A DNA stretch of 64,000 nucleotides from Candidatus Poribacteria bacterium (GCA_965222225.1 CBDCTK010000002.1:4864001-4928000); one strand, 5' to 3'; shown: positions 19,116-30,061, numbered from the stretch's first letter. Notes: generated by a model from the sequence alone, not told the origin. A program made the numbers and translations.

Positions 19116-19964
19116 ATGTCACACATCAACTCCAGCGCCGGGCGGCACGGTGTGCTCAAGCTGGCGTTCGCAAAGCGATACGGGAGTACCGTACTTGCGG
19201 AGAGTTTCTTTCGGGTACCGTTGCAGGTGATGAAGCCTCGTTACGATGAGTCGGGCTGTGCGTGTGTGTACCTTCTGAGTCCGACAGGCGGAGTAGTGCA
19301 GGGTGACGACTACCAGATTGACGTGGCGCTCTCACCGCACTCTCACGCAATGCTGACAACTCAAGCCGCCACGAAGGTTTATGCCATGCCTGTTCAAGGC
19401 GCGGCGCAATCACTGCGGGGCCGGATTGGTAAGAGCGCGATTCTCGAATATCTCCCCGATCCGACGATACTCTTTCGTGACGCGAACTTCAGTCAACGGG
19501 TGTCCTTCAGTTTGGAGCGCGGTGCAATGCTGGTCATGCAGGAGATTGTCATGCCGGGCAGGTTGGCGCGGGGCGAAAAGTTGGCATTCACGCAATATCA
19601 GAGCCGATTTGAGGTGTCAGATTCAGATGGAGTGTTGCTCTTTGACTCCTGCTGTCTACGACCCAAACATCAACCTTATCTCGCCGCCCACGGCGTGCTA
19701 GACGGCTATGCGTGCTGGGGGAGTTGGTTCCTCCTAGGCGATTTCGACATGCCGTGGTGGGAGGCGCTCTGTAAGATTGCGGAACCGTTGCTCAATTGCT
19801 CGAACAAATCGACTGGTGGGTTAACACAACTGGGTCGGAACGGTATCGCCATGCGAATGTTGGCTAATACTCCCGGAGCAATTCAGTCCGCTTTTCAAAC
19901 AATTTGGAACTGGATTAAACTGGAACACTTCGGATTAGAAACCGTTGATTTGCGAAAGTATTAA
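19116..19964 (+). CDS. ureD: Urease accessory protein UreD
   Basis: GGVVQGD, TTQAATKVY, LEYLPDPTI, GRLARGE, C-terminal RKY. Confidence 0.9.
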   Translation: MSHINSSAGRHGVLKLAFAKRYGSTVLAESFFRVPLQVMKPRYDESGCACVYLLSPTGGVVQGDDYQIDVALSPHSHAMLTTQAATKVYAMPVQGAAQSLRGRIGKSAILEYLPDPTILFRDANFSQRVSFSLERGAMLVMQEIVMPGRLARGEKLAFTQYQSRFEVSDSDGVLLFDSCCLRPKHQPYLAAHGVLDGYACWGSWFLLGDFDMPWWEALCKIAEPLLNCSNKSTGGLTQLGRNGIAMRMLANTPGAIQSAFQTIWNWIKLEHFGLETVDLRKY

Positions 19965-19982
19965 TCTCGGAGGAAATGATTC

Positions 19983-20285
19983 GTGAACCTCACCCCTCGT
20001 GAGCAAGAGAAATTAATGATTTACGTCGCCGCACAACTTGCCAAGGATAGACGGGCACGCGGTTTGAAACTCAACTACCCCGAAGCGGTCGCATTCATCA
20101 CCGCCGAAATCTTGGAGGGAATACGTGAGGGAAAATCGGTCGCGGAATTGATGCAATACGGTGCGACGTTACTGAATAGAGACGATGTAATGGAAGGCGT
20201 CCCGGAAATGCTCCACGAAGTACAGGTTGAAGGCACGTTTCCCGATGGCACGAAGCTTGTCACTGTTCACGATCCGATTCGGTAG
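19983..20285 (+). CDS. ureA: Urease subunit gamma
   Basis: [33 protein letters not shown]. Confidence 0.98.
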   Translation: MNLTPREQEKLMIYVAAQLAKDRRARGLKLNYPEAVAFITAEILEGIREGKSVAELMQYGATLLNRDDVMEGVPEMLHEVQVEGTFPDGTKLVTVHDPIR

Positions 20286-20312
20286 AAATGGTGACTTACA
20301 GGAGAAATAGAG

Positions 20313-20627
20313 ATGATACCCGGAGAATACATACTTGCAGAAGGGAGCATAACCGCCAACGCCGGGCGCGATACTCTCGAGCTAACCGTCGCCAATACCG
20401 GCGACAGACCGATTCAGGTCGGATCGCACTTCCATTTTTTTGAGGTCAACGCGGCGCTCCAATTTGACCGGGAAAGGGCTTTCGGCATGAGGTTAAACAT
20501 TCCGTCAGGGGTTGCCGTTCGCTTTGAGCCGGGCGATGAGAAGACGGTGACCCTCACGGAGATAGCAGGCAAGCGGATTGTGCACGGATTGAACAATGAA
20601 ACCAACGGACCAATAGATAAAGGGTAA
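20313..20627 (+). CDS. ureB: Urease subunit beta
   Basis: [28 protein letters not shown]. Confidence 0.98.
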   Translation: MIPGEYILAEGSITANAGRDTLELTVANTGDRPIQVGSHFHFFEVNAALQFDRERAFGMRLNIPSGVAVRFEPGDEKTVTLTEIAGKRIVHGLNNETNGPIDKG

Positions 20628-20637
20628 AGAAAGACCA

Positions 20638-22356
20638 ATGCCTCTCGACATTCCACGACGCGCGTACACAGACATCTACGGCCCAACTGTTGGCGATAAG
20701 GTTCGCCTCGCCGACACCGAGCTGTTTATCGAGGTCGAGAAAGACCACACCGTCTACGGTGACGAGTCGAAGTTCGGAGGTGGCAAGACGCTGCGCGATG
20801 GAATGGGTCAGATGCCCGGTGCTACAAGGGCAGACGGCGTCCTCGATCTTGTCCTGACCAACGCCTTAATCTTGGACTATTGGGGAATTGTCAAAGCGGA
20901 CATCGGGGTACGTGATGGCAAAATCGTCGGGATTGGCAAGGCGGGAAATCCCAACATTATGGATGGCGTATCCGACGGCATGGTGGTCGGAGCAGGCACC
21001 GAAGTCATAGCCGCCGAAGGGATGATTGTAACACCCGGAGGACTTGACGTTCACATCCACTTTATCTGCCCACAGCAGATTGACGAATCCCTCTCGTCGG
21101 GAGTCACGACCATGATTGGTGGAGGTACGGGGCCCGCCACCGGCACAAACGCCACCACCTGCACGCCCGGTACGTGGAACATCGCGCGAATGCTCGAAGC
21201 CGCCGAAGGATTTCCAATCAACCTTGGCTTTTTGGGTAAGGGAAACTCATCTCTGCCGCAGTCGCTCAATGAACAGATTGAAGCAGGGGCGTTGGGACTA
21301 AAACTACACGAAGATTGGGGAACAACCCCCGCGGCGATTGATTGCTGTCTAGCTGTGGCAGATAAATACGATGTGCAGGTCGCCATCCATACGGACACGC
21401 TCAACGAGGCGGGGTTCGTCGAAGATTCGATTGCCGCCTTCAAGGGGCGTACAATCCACACTTACCACACCGAGGGTGCCGGTGGTGGACATGCGCCCGA
21501 CATCATCAAGGTGTGTGGGCAGAGCAATGTGCTGCCCTCCTCGACCAATCCGACGCGACCATTTACAATCAACACCATTGATGAACACCTCGACATGCTG
21601 ATGGTTTGCCATCACCTTGATGCCTCCATCCCCGAAGATCTCGCCTTCGCCGAATCACGAATCCGTCCGGAGACTATCGCCGCCGAAGATATTCTGCACG
21701 ACCTCGGCGCGTTTAGTATGATGGCGTCCGATTCACAGGCGATGGGACGTGTCGGCGAGGTCATACTCCGCACATGGCAAACAGCCCACAAAATGAAAGT
21801 TCAGCGCGGGCGTCTCCCCGACGAAACGGGAGAGAACGACAATGTCCGCGCAAAGCGATATATTGCCAAGTACGCGATTAACCCGGCAATCACGCACGGA
21901 ATCAGCGATCATGTTGGTTCAGTTGAAGTGGGCAAACTTGCTGATTTGGTGGTCTGGGATCCGGCGTTTTTCGGCGTCAAACCGCAGTTGGTGCTAAAAG
22001 GAGGATTCCTTGTCTGGGCTGCCATGGGTGACGCAAATGCTTCTATTCCGACTCCCCAACCGGTTCTAGGGCGCCCGATGTTTGGCGCGTTTGGACGTGT
22101 GCCGTATTCAGCTTCTGTTACCTTTGTCTCCCAGGCCGGGGTCGAGGGAGAGGTCAGGGAACGTCTCGGACTGCAAAAACCGACCGTTGCCGTGACAAAT
22201 TGCCGTCAACTAGACAAATCGGCAATGGTCAACAACACCTACCTGCCAAATATTGAGGTCAATCCCGAGACCTACGAAGTCCGCGCCGATGGCGAACTCC
22301 TCTCCTGCGAACCCGCCGAGGTCCTACCAATGGCACAGCGTTACTTCCTGTTCTAA
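20638..22356 (+). CDS. ureC: Urease subunit alpha
   Basis: [37 protein letters not shown]. Confidence 0.98.
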   Translation: MPLDIPRRAYTDIYGPTVGDKVRLADTELFIEVEKDHTVYGDESKFGGGKTLRDGMGQMPGATRADGVLDLVLTNALILDYWGIVKADIGVRDGKIVGIGKAGNPNIMDGVSDGMVVGAGTEVIAAEGMIVTPGGLDVHIHFICPQQIDESLSSGVTTMIGGGTGPATGTNATTCTPGTWNIARMLEAAEGFPINLGFLGKGNSSLPQSLNEQIEAGALGLKLHEDWGTTPAAIDCCLAVADKYDVQVAIHTDTLNEAGFVEDSIAAFKGRTIHTYHTEGAGGGHAPDIIKVCGQSNVLPSSTNPTRPFTINTIDEHLDMLMVCHHLDASIPEDLAFAESRIRPETIAAEDILHDLGAFSMMASDSQAMGRVGEVILRTWQTAHKMKVQRGRLPDETGENDNVRAKRYIAKYAINPAITHGISDHVGSVEVGKLADLVVWDPAFFGVKPQLVLKGGFLVWAAMGDANASIPTPQPVLGRPMFGAFGRVPYSASVTFVSQAGVEGEVRERLGLQKPTVAVTNCRQLDKSAMVNNTYLPNIEVNPETYEVRADGELLSCEPAEVLPMAQRYFLF

Positions 22357-22407
22357 CGCTAATTCCCGCGAGAGTATTCGCACATAGATAGATTTGCTAT
22401 TCTATCA

Positions 22408-22537
22408 GGATCTTCTATCGCATTCGCTATCCGCTCGTTTCGTTGCTCACTATGGGATATACTTTCGCTTTGGGATCACTATCGTACTCCCTATTCGGTC
22501 GTTTGATCTATCCGCTCAGTTGATCGTTTGCTTGATC
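22408..22537 (-). repeat. Dispersed GATCAA...GCGATAG...ATCCC repeat, locus 1
   Basis: Reverse complement of 22472-22508 is gatcaaacgaccgaatagggagtacgatagtgatccc; partial units on both sides. Confidence 0.8.
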
Positions 22538-22719
22538 TCCACGAAATCTTTGAATTTCCCTCTGCAGTTGGATTATAATTAGCCGTAGACCCCTGTCCTG
22601 CAAATCTCACCTTATTTGCAATGACAAACACTAGAAAACTCTTGGAATCAATCCCGTTTCCGCATCCCTTCGGTTAATATGTTCACGCCAAAGGAATGTT
22701 AGGCTCTGGAGTATTGAAA

Positions 22720-23118
22720 ATGGACAACCAAATCCGACACTACGAAGACAAATTAAGCCACGAAGCGGATTCGTGGGACCTTAATGACGCCATCCAAAAT
22801 GGCGAGAAGATTGTTGTAATTGACGCACGCTCAACCGAAGCGTTCACTGAAGAACATATTCCGGGAGCGGTCAGTTTTCCGCATCGGACGATGAACCAGG
22901 AGACTACATCGCATCTGGATCGAAAAGCCCTCTATGTGACATACTGCGATGGCATCGGCTGCAACGCCTCAACGAAGGGCGCACTCAAGATGGCGCAGCT
23001 TGGATTTCGCGTGAAAGAGCTTATTGGCGGCCTAGATTGGTGGAAGCGGGATGGCTACCCTACGGCAACATCTGATGAATGTTGTTCAGATACACAATCA
23101 ACCTCCTGCGGTTGTTGA
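22720..23118 (+). CDS. Rhodanese-like domain protein
   Basis: VIDAR...HIPGA, YCDGIGCNASTKGA, LIGGLDWW; Cys-rich tail. Confidence 0.9.
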   Translation: MDNQIRHYEDKLSHEADSWDLNDAIQNGEKIVVIDARSTEAFTEEHIPGAVSFPHRTMNQETTSHLDRKALYVTYCDGIGCNASTKGALKMAQLGFRVKELIGGLDWWKRDGYPTATSDECCSDTQSTSCGC

Positions 23119-23185
23119 AAATTCTCGTGGATTGACTCACATTCTCCCGTTTTGGGACGTTTCCCATCAAGTGGGTCGGGTGGAA

Positions 23186-23297
23186 GGGATTTCTATCGAT
23201 CAACCGACCGAACAGGGAGGACGATAGTAAATCCTACTCACCATCCGTTCGCTTGATTGCTATTCACTCGTTTGATCCTATTCGGTCACTTGTTCCC
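23186..23297. repeat. Dispersed repeat, locus 2 (units in both orientations)
   Basis: gatcaaccgaccgaacagggaggacgatagtaaatcc (23198-23234), then inverted ctattcactcgtttgatcc. Confidence 0.8.
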
Positions 23298-23367
23298 GTA
23301 CCTACGAGAATGGGTAGCAACTTGGGGTAACTAAATAAATCTGACACAAGTGTGCAAGGACTTACCC

Positions 23368-23930
23368 ATGAAGTACGACGAAGATTCACCATTCTACAAA
23401 CTACTTGCTACGAAATATAAATCGGAAGAAGAGGACCTAGGGATTGCCATTCTCCAATCTCATCCGGAAATCGCAAAATTGGAGTGGCCCAGTCCAGATG
23501 AAGGCGGGCAGCCATTCGTCAAAGGAAGCACTGCGCTACATTACGCCGCCAATGACGGGAAAGATATCGGCTTGTCCTTAAAATTCTCCGACATGGTGCG
23601 GACATCAATGCAAGCCGTGCAAACTGGTATTGCTCTGTGCTTTCTTGGGCAGCAAACAATGCGAGAATATCAACCATCCACCTGCTCCTTGAAAACGGCG
23701 CCGACCCAAGATCTCTAGACGCCCTACATGCTGCTGCTTATGGCGGATCTGCGTGCGGCGAAGGCGAAGAACAAGAATATGCTGAATCGCTTAAAATCCT
23801 GATTGAAGCGGGAGCCGATATAAACGATCGCAGGAATTCTCACAACCAAACACCTCTTGGGATCGCTTTGAAAAGTGGTAACACGGGCGCGATTCAGTAT
23901 TTGTCCAGTATTGGCGCTGCAGAAGAATAG
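23368..23930 (+). pseudogene. Ankyrin repeat protein with an extra 2 nt near 23565
   Basis: GSTALHYAANDGKD continues as RLVLKILRHGADINA in another frame; removing AT from gatatcgg gives 186 aa. Confidence 0.8.
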
Positions 23931-24013
23931 AACCAGCCTGGTCGTTGATGCAATTGACAGCATGTTCTCCGGTTTTATGCAGGTTCAGATACATAATCAA
24001 CATCCTGTAGCTA

Positions 24014-24243
24014 ATGAGAGCTAGTCATTCCAACAAACATATCCGCGAAGCGATTCGTTACGCCGAAAGCAAAAACTGGAGTGTGTTACAAAGGCAGGTC
24101 CTAGAGCACACCTCTGGGGCACACTATGGTGTCCGAAACACGCCCGTGATGGGTGTCGCATTAGGGTCATGTCAACGCCACGCAATCCGGAACTACATGC
24201 GCGCGACATTCGTCGGTATGTTAACCGTTGTCCCCATATCTAA
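24014..24243 (+). pseudogene. Putative HicA-like toxin with an extra 2 nt at 24081-24086
   Basis: HSNKHIREAIRYAESKNW, then KAGPRAHLWGTLWCP...STPRNPELHARDIRR in a shifted frame; removing one GT gives 75 aa. Confidence 0.6.
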
Positions 24244-24286
24244 AGAGAGGAATTATCCAAGAAAATAGATATGAGAGGAGCTTAAG

Positions 24287-24574
24287 ATGAAAATTCATGA
24301 ATTCACGCTCATTTTAACAGTCGATCCAAATGAAGAAGAATCCAATCGACTTTACGAATTCTTTGATGATGGTACGCTTGTTACTAATGTTGACATTCCG
24401 AAGATTTGCATTCACCGTGAAGCCCCATCGTTAGAGGAAGCTATTGGGTCTGCACTGTTGAATGTCAAGCTAGCAGGCTTTAATGTTCTTCGTGTAGAAA
24501 TTGAACCAGAGGTTATGATACGGGGGATTCAGCTATCTCAGGCGGAACAGCAACCGCAAAATCCTACGATCTAG
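24287..24574 (+). CDS. Putative HicB-like antitoxin
   Basis: HEFTLIL...REAPSLEEAIGSAL; RBS GAGAGGAG; follows the HicA-like gene. Confidence 0.55.
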   Translation: MKIHEFTLILTVDPNEEESNRLYEFFDDGTLVTNVDIPKICIHREAPSLEEAIGSALLNVKLAGFNVLRVEIEPEVMIRGIQLSQAEQQPQNPTI

Positions 24575-24693
24575 CCAACGGTCTCGGTTTAGGCTTGGAG
24601 TTGTAATCTTGACTGCGTTTTGGGTTACACCAAGTTTTGGTCTCTGAAGTGCCACTGCTAATTTAGACCACAAATAAGCAAAGTTACGCTAAG

Positions 24694-25437
24694 GTGAATC
24701 TAATCATGAACAACGCTAAAGCACTTATACCACTTGGCTTCCTGCTTTCCCTTGGTCTTGTGATATCGACCTACCTCGTTACAAACGTGGTTCGAGATAT
24801 ACTTATGGCTAACCAGATTATCAAGGTACGGGGATACGCCGAAATTGATGTCGAGTCGGATTTGGCGATATGGCACATAACCGTCAAAGCGAAAGACAGA
24901 AATATGACGAAGGCATATCCGGTTCTTGCCGCACATCGTAAGAAGGTGTTAGCTTATTTAGAAGAGAACGGCGTGAAACCCGAGGAGATTAAAATCATTC
25001 CAGTCCAAGTGCGTGAACACAAGAAACGCACGGAAAAGGGCCACGAAACAAGCGAGACCGAGGCATTTCAGCTTTCACAGGATATTACGGTCAAATCGAA
25101 GGACGTGCACAACATATCAAGAATTGCGACATCAATAGCCGATCTTCTCGGACGTGGAGTAAACCTAAAGACAGAAATGCCTGGCTACTACTACACGCGA
25201 GTCAACGAGTTGAAGAGTACGCTACTCGTGGAGGCAACTAAAGATGCACGGATGAGAGCAAAGACGTTGGCTGAAGGTAGCGACGCGAATCTAGGACCGC
25301 TCCGCGCCGCGCGTCAAGGCATATTTAGCGTCCAGTCTGCGGATGCAAGCAGCATTGCAGAGAAAGCCGATGATGATGTTTCGTCTATTCCCAAGAAAAT
25401 CACCGCCGTGGTAACATTCGACTATATAATGCGATGA
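24694..25437 (+). CDS. SIMPL (DUF541) domain protein
   Basis: N-terminal TM, IKVRGYAE, ATKDARMRA, ARQGIF. Confidence 0.85.
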   Translation: MNLIMNNAKALIPLGFLLSLGLVISTYLVTNVVRDILMANQIIKVRGYAEIDVESDLAIWHITVKAKDRNMTKAYPVLAAHRKKVLAYLEENGVKPEEIKIIPVQVREHKKRTEKGHETSETEAFQLSQDITVKSKDVHNISRIATSIADLLGRGVNLKTEMPGYYYTRVNELKSTLLVEATKDARMRAKTLAEGSDANLGPLRAARQGIFSVQSADASSIAEKADDDVSSIPKKITAVVTFDYIMR

Positions 25438-25471
25438 AAGGATGGCCCCCTTAGCTCGACTTTGTACATTT

Positions 25472-25521
25472 GTAGGGTGGGCGCCGCCCACCATTTCTTG
25501 TAGGGTGCGCACTGCGCACCA
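25472..25521 (+). repeat. Two GTAG-family REP hairpins
   Basis: GTAGGGTGGGCGCCGCCCACCA and GTAGGGTGCGCACTGCGCACCA. Confidence 0.75.
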
Positions 25522-25540
25522 GCATCTAAAGCCCCAGAGT

Positions 25541-25578
25541 GGGATCAAGGAAGCGAATAGCGACTGCGAAAGAGATCC
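25541..25578 (+). repeat. Dispersed repeat, locus 3
   Basis: gggatcaaggaagcgaatagcgactgcgaaagagatcc. Confidence 0.7.
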
Positions 25579-25763
25579 TACAGGTATGTAGCAGCCAACA
25601 ATGAAAACATGAAAAAACTTCCGACAAATGACTAAAAATGGCTTAGCCACCGATTATTCAAACAGGCACTTAACCACAGCGGAATCAAAAAAGTTTTGTT
25701 TCTCTGCGGCATCAGTTTGTGACCTCCCACAGCAACTGAACTCTGATTCTTAGAACAGCCAGA

Positions 25764-26264
25764 ATGAGTGAAAAAGAGGTCTCCATATACACCGATGGCG
25801 CCTGTTTAGGGAATCCCGGCAGGGGCGGATACGGCGTTGTGCTCTCCTACAACGGCAACCGGAAGGAATTGTCCGGAGGATTTCGTCTCACCACAAACAA
25901 CCGGATGGAGATTGTGGCAGCCATCGTTGGATTAGAGGCGCTAAAAACCGCTTGTACGGTGAATCTGTACACCGATTCAAAATACCTCGCTGATGCCATG
26001 ACAAAGGGATGGGCAAAACGCTGGAAGATGAACGGGTGGCGGAGAAACAAAAGAGAGAAAGCTGTAAATCCGGATCTATGGTCAAAACTACTGAAGTTGT
26101 GCGAGCAACATACCGTCAGATTTCGCTGGATTAAGGGGCACGCGGGCCACGAATTAAATGAAATCTGCGATAGGCTCTCCAAGCAAGCCGCAAGCGAGAA
26201 CATCCTCCCCGATGATGATGGATATATCTCCAATCAGCAGAGATCTTTCCTAGATGAAATCTAA
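25764..26264 (+). CDS. rnhA: Ribonuclease HI
   Basis: [36 protein letters not shown]. Confidence 0.96.
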   Translation: MSEKEVSIYTDGACLGNPGRGGYGVVLSYNGNRKELSGGFRLTTNNRMEIVAAIVGLEALKTACTVNLYTDSKYLADAMTKGWAKRWKMNGWRRNKREKAVNPDLWSKLLKLCEQHTVRFRWIKGHAGHELNEICDRLSKQAASENILPDDDGYISNQQRSFLDEI

Positions 26265-26338
26265 CAAACCGGGCCTCCAAGCGCTTGACGAGAACGGTAT
26301 TCTGGTTGCTCGGCAGCAATGATAAAGGTGAACGAAAT

Positions 26339-27148
26339 ATGCTATCACTAATTTATGGCATTCTAATGTTTATTTTGCTCATAGTGTTGTTGATTCATAG
26401 CATTCGATATCGAAGAGAGATTCGCGGCTACATCAAGTATGGCATTGTACTGGGTATCATTCTCATCGTTCTCGACGGTGCAATCGTACCGTTTGTTCCA
26501 AGCTTCTTTGAAGCTATGCCCATTCTCCAATTCCTCATCTTGGATGTAATCGCCTTCGTGAAAATTGTAGTGTTCACATGCATGGGAATCTACTGTTGTT
26601 CGACATTGGGGATTGTAGATATTCCATTGATGAAAAGGCTTGCTGGTGAAACCGATAATCTTGGAGGATCTACGAGACCGAACAGCATCCTAGCCGTAAT
26701 AGGAGTGATCGCTGGGGGAATTGCGTTTTCCGTGATTCTGTTCAAATTGACTTCTCCACAGCTATCGGAGTCACTAAAGGAACTGACGAAACTTCAGGGA
26801 GCTAAACTAGGAATAAGCGACGAGCCGTCGGTTCTGCTGGCACTTGTTGTCATAACATTTGCGTTCAGTGAAGAAATTCTCTTCCGTCTCGGAATTCAGA
26901 ACTATTTGGCAAAGCAGTTCAAACTCACCGACAGCAAGTATTGGATCGCTGTTGTTCTGACTTCGGGACTCTGGTCAATCGCACACGCTAATATCCTCAA
27001 CCCTGAATGGGTGAAAATTGTTCAAATCTTCCCCTTGGGAATAGCATTGGGGTTTCTTTTCAAAAAGTCCGGCTTAGAAAGCTGCATTCTTGCCCACGGC
27101 ATTTTCAACATCGGCATGATGTGCTTGAGTCCATATCTTTTTACGTAG
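26339..27148 (+). CDS. CPBP (CAAX protease/Abi) family intramembrane metalloprotease
   Basis: EEILFR, WSIAH, HGIFN; multiple TM segments. Confidence 0.88.
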   Translation: MLSLIYGILMFILLIVLLIHSIRYRREIRGYIKYGIVLGIILIVLDGAIVPFVPSFFEAMPILQFLILDVIAFVKIVVFTCMGIYCCSTLGIVDIPLMKRLAGETDNLGGSTRPNSILAVIGVIAGGIAFSVILFKLTSPQLSESLKELTKLQGAKLGISDEPSVLLALVVITFAFSEEILFRLGIQNYLAKQFKLTDSKYWIAVVLTSGLWSIAHANILNPEWVKIVQIFPLGIALGFLFKKSGLESCILAHGIFNIGMMCLSPYLFT

Positions 27149-27194
27149 TTTCGCTAGAGTCGAAACTGAAGATTTTCATTGGGAGAGGTGCTCC

Positions 27195-28025
27195 ATGCTC
27201 ATGTTCGATCTTCTGCGAACCATGAATCCAAACCTCAATCCGGCGGAAGCCAAACTGCACCTCGCAACTTGGAATGGGGTGGAACAGCCGCTTGATGTCT
27301 ATCTTGCGGGCGGCTTCAACGACTGGCAGAGCTGGCAAAGTAAGAAGAACTTTGAACGGAAATTTGTAGTATCTTTGATTAATCTACCACACCAAAAGTA
27401 CAAGTGGCTCTTTGCGGGGGTCTATCGGTCGGCCGGTGTGGAACGAAAATGGTCGGAGGACCATCAAACGCATCATTACTGGTACGAGTTAACTGAACAT
27501 GAAGACCGCAAAGAAATGAACGGTCGGATGGTGGTGACATTTACCAAGCCTAGTCGTGGGTCGTACCTAAACGCGGAGAAATGGTGCAATCGGATTTTTC
27601 TCAGTGAAATATACGCTGAAAAGCAATCTATCGGTGAATTTCCGGGTTTCAAAGCCGTTAATCTTACGAAAGATCAACTAGATCTGTTAGTTCAGAGAGC
27701 TCCCGAATCATGGCGCACCGCGCTCTCCAATGTGGCAGGAGTATACCTGATTTCCGATACCATAACCGGAAGATTTTACGTCGGCAGCGCCTACGGCGAA
27801 GGCGGAGTATGGCACCGCTGGTCGGAATACGCAGATGATGGGCACGGCGGGAACGTTGAACTTAAAAAGTTGCTTGCCGATGAGGGAGTAAAATATGCCG
27901 AGAATTTTCGCTATTCAATCCTTGAGATATCAGATCTGCATGACAGCCAAGACAATATTCTTCAACGAGAATCACACTGGAAGGATATTCTGATGTCACG
28001 TACCTACGGATTGAACGCAAACTAG
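27195..28025 (+). CDS. GIY-YIG nuclease family protein
   Basis: GVYLISD...YVGSAYGEGG..RW..Y, RESHWK, GLNAN. Confidence 0.9.
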   Translation: MLMFDLLRTMNPNLNPAEAKLHLATWNGVEQPLDVYLAGGFNDWQSWQSKKNFERKFVVSLINLPHQKYKWLFAGVYRSAGVERKWSEDHQTHHYWYELTEHEDRKEMNGRMVVTFTKPSRGSYLNAEKWCNRIFLSEIYAEKQSIGEFPGFKAVNLTKDQLDLLVQRAPESWRTALSNVAGVYLISDTITGRFYVGSAYGEGGVWHRWSEYADDGHGGNVELKKLLADEGVKYAENFRYSILEISDLHDSQDNILQRESHWKDILMSRTYGLNAN

Positions 28026-28204
28026 AAATGGGACTCAAAGACATTAAACAACTGATGACCTTGACACCCGTCCTTAACACTGCACTGATACATAACTGTG
28101 TCCTGCCGGTGCAAAAAGCACTTACTTGAAGAGATTAGTAAGTTCAGAGATTCGTGTCAGAGACAAAAAACCTTGTTGGTTTGATTTGTCAGAACCATTC
28201 CAAT

Positions 28205-28233
28205 TTGCAAAAATATCCATTTTGTGATACCAT
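28205..28233 (+). promoter_or_regulatory. sigma70-type promoter
   Basis: TTGCAA-N17-TACCAT with extended TG. Confidence 0.45.
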
Positions 28234-28313
28234 TCTCAATGGATTAAGGAGGCCGTTTTTTATCATAATTCATAGTTTGCCAATCGCCCAAACACAATTG
28301 ATTGATGAGCCAC

Positions 28314-28351
28314 AAAAGCACCAATCGCATCTGGACGATTGGTGCTTTTTT
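28314..28351 (+). terminator. Intrinsic (possibly bidirectional) terminator
   Basis: Perfect 14-bp inverted repeat AAAAGCACCAATCG / CGATTGGTGCTTTT ending in T6. Confidence 0.8.
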
Positions 28352-28449
28352 CATCCAAATTCGAGATACCCCCTGGTGCCCAAGCTACGAAAATGGTTGG
28401 AAAGCAAACTACAGGTTTTTGCTAAATCTGCCAAAGGAAATGGACTGAA

Positions 28450-28983
28450 ATGATTGAATCGCGATATTGGCGTGAGGAACTTACGCGCATAGCCAAGACC
28501 ATTACACCGGTTCGCAAACCGCCGCGATGGTCAGAGCGTGCTCACTGTGTTGTGGAACGTGACCTTATGATTGGCTTCTTCATTATTCGGAGGCTAATTG
28601 AACTCAACAAGGTGTCATCTCGGACCCGGGACTATGGTTTGAAAGTATACGCTTGCCCCGCATTAGGAATTGAAGTTACACAACTGAACAAAGGTTGGAT
28701 TTTTGAGACCTATGACCTCGAAAACGAAAAGCAGGAAACAAAGAAACCACTCTACATTGCAAACCAGTTCATACATGCTTATATGAGTTTCGTTTGGCGG
28801 GATAAAACACGCAATTGGAGCGATGTCTACGTTGTTTCGGAGTTTGGTCGCAACGACTGCATCTGGCGTATCCCAATTCCTGTCATTCGGGAGCAATTCA
28901 AATTAGCTTCCGACGATTACCCTTCAAGGTTGGTTTCAGTTTGGTGTCCCAAGAAAAAAGACTACGTAGTAACAACCGACTAA
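28450..28983 (+). CDS. Hypothetical protein
   Basis: 177-aa ORF with protein-like composition, co-oriented with the island. Confidence 0.7.
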   Translation: MIESRYWREELTRIAKTITPVRKPPRWSERAHCVVERDLMIGFFIIRRLIELNKVSSRTRDYGLKVYACPALGIEVTQLNKGWIFETYDLENEKQETKKPLYIANQFIHAYMSFVWRDKTRNWSDVYVVSEFGRNDCIWRIPIPVIREQFKLASDDYPSRLVSVWCPKKKDYVVTTD

Positions 28984-29299
28984 GACTTGCTCAATTGTTG
29001 TACCGACCTAACATGACTCAACTCGAAAGCATTATTCACTCTAGAACAAACCGACCAGTTCCAGTTCACGTGGACTATAGAATACGAAACCAAGAACTGG
29101 CCAAATACCTTGAAAGGAGATGGACAATCAACCTAGTTCTTCGTTGTTCTGGTCAAAATGCAGTTCACGGTGCTTGCCGGTGTGAACACGATATAGAGTG
29201 TTGAACTCTTACCAGTCGGGGTTTTCTGCTAGTTCAAACCAAGAATCTGCATCAAGAGAACAATGGTAAACAACTTGGGTTGTAGGTAAGAGAATCAAC

Positions 29300-30061
29300 A
29301 TGCAAGAATACGACGATCGAATTTGGTATGATGTAATGCAAGTCTGCATGGCAGGACATGTCATCACGTCTAAAGCAAAATCGCATCCCGAAGCTATGAA
29401 GCAACGCTGTCCAGAATGCGGAGCTAAAACCATAACACAATGCATAGAGTGCAATACTGAAATTCAAGGATATAAACATATACCACTCTTCGTACTCCCA
29501 GAATTGCGGACACCGCCGAAATTTTGCCACGAGTGCGGAGAGTCATATCCCTGGACAGCTGCAGAAGGGAAGCCTAACGTCGGGAGCCTACCTGCCAAAA
29601 CCGATCCAAAAACCAATGACGTGTTCATAGTGCACGGACATGACGAAGAGATGAAGCAGGCAGTAGCTCGTGCATTATCCCAAATTGGTTTAAACCCCAT
29701 TATCTTACACGAACAGCCAAATGGCGGCCAAACTGTTATTGAAAAATTTGAGAAGAATGCAGATGTTCAATTTGCGGTGGTTCTATTATCACCCGATGAC
29801 AAAGCATATTCCGTCTCCGATTCACTCAATTCCGCGAAGCTAAGAGCTCGGCAAAACGTCGTCCTTGAACTTGGATACTTTGTTGGGCGACTGAGTCGTG
29901 CGCGCGTATTCACGTTGAAACAGAGCGATGAGTTGGAGATTCCTAGCGACATTAGTGGGATAATGTACACTCAATATGACGAGAAAGGGCATTGGCGTTT
30001 CGAACTTATCCGCGAATTGAAGGAGGTCGGATACGATGTTGATGCTAATGATTTGTTATAG
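29300..30061 (+). CDS. DUF2321-like Zn-ribbon fused to a CAP12/Pycsar-type TIR domain
   Basis: N-terminal QVCMAGH...CPECGAKTITQCIEC...PKFCHECGESYPW; C-terminal VFIVHGHD, IEKFE, LLSPDD, RARQNVVLELGYF, PSDI. Confidence 0.85.
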   Translation: MQEYDDRIWYDVMQVCMAGHVITSKAKSHPEAMKQRCPECGAKTITQCIECNTEIQGYKHIPLFVLPELRTPPKFCHECGESYPWTAAEGKPNVGSLPAKTDPKTNDVFIVHGHDEEMKQAVARALSQIGLNPIILHEQPNGGQTVIEKFEKNADVQFAVVLLSPDDKAYSVSDSLNSAKLRARQNVVLELGYFVGRLSRARVFTLKQSDELEIPSDISGIMYTQYDEKGHWRFELIRELKEVGYDVDANDLL

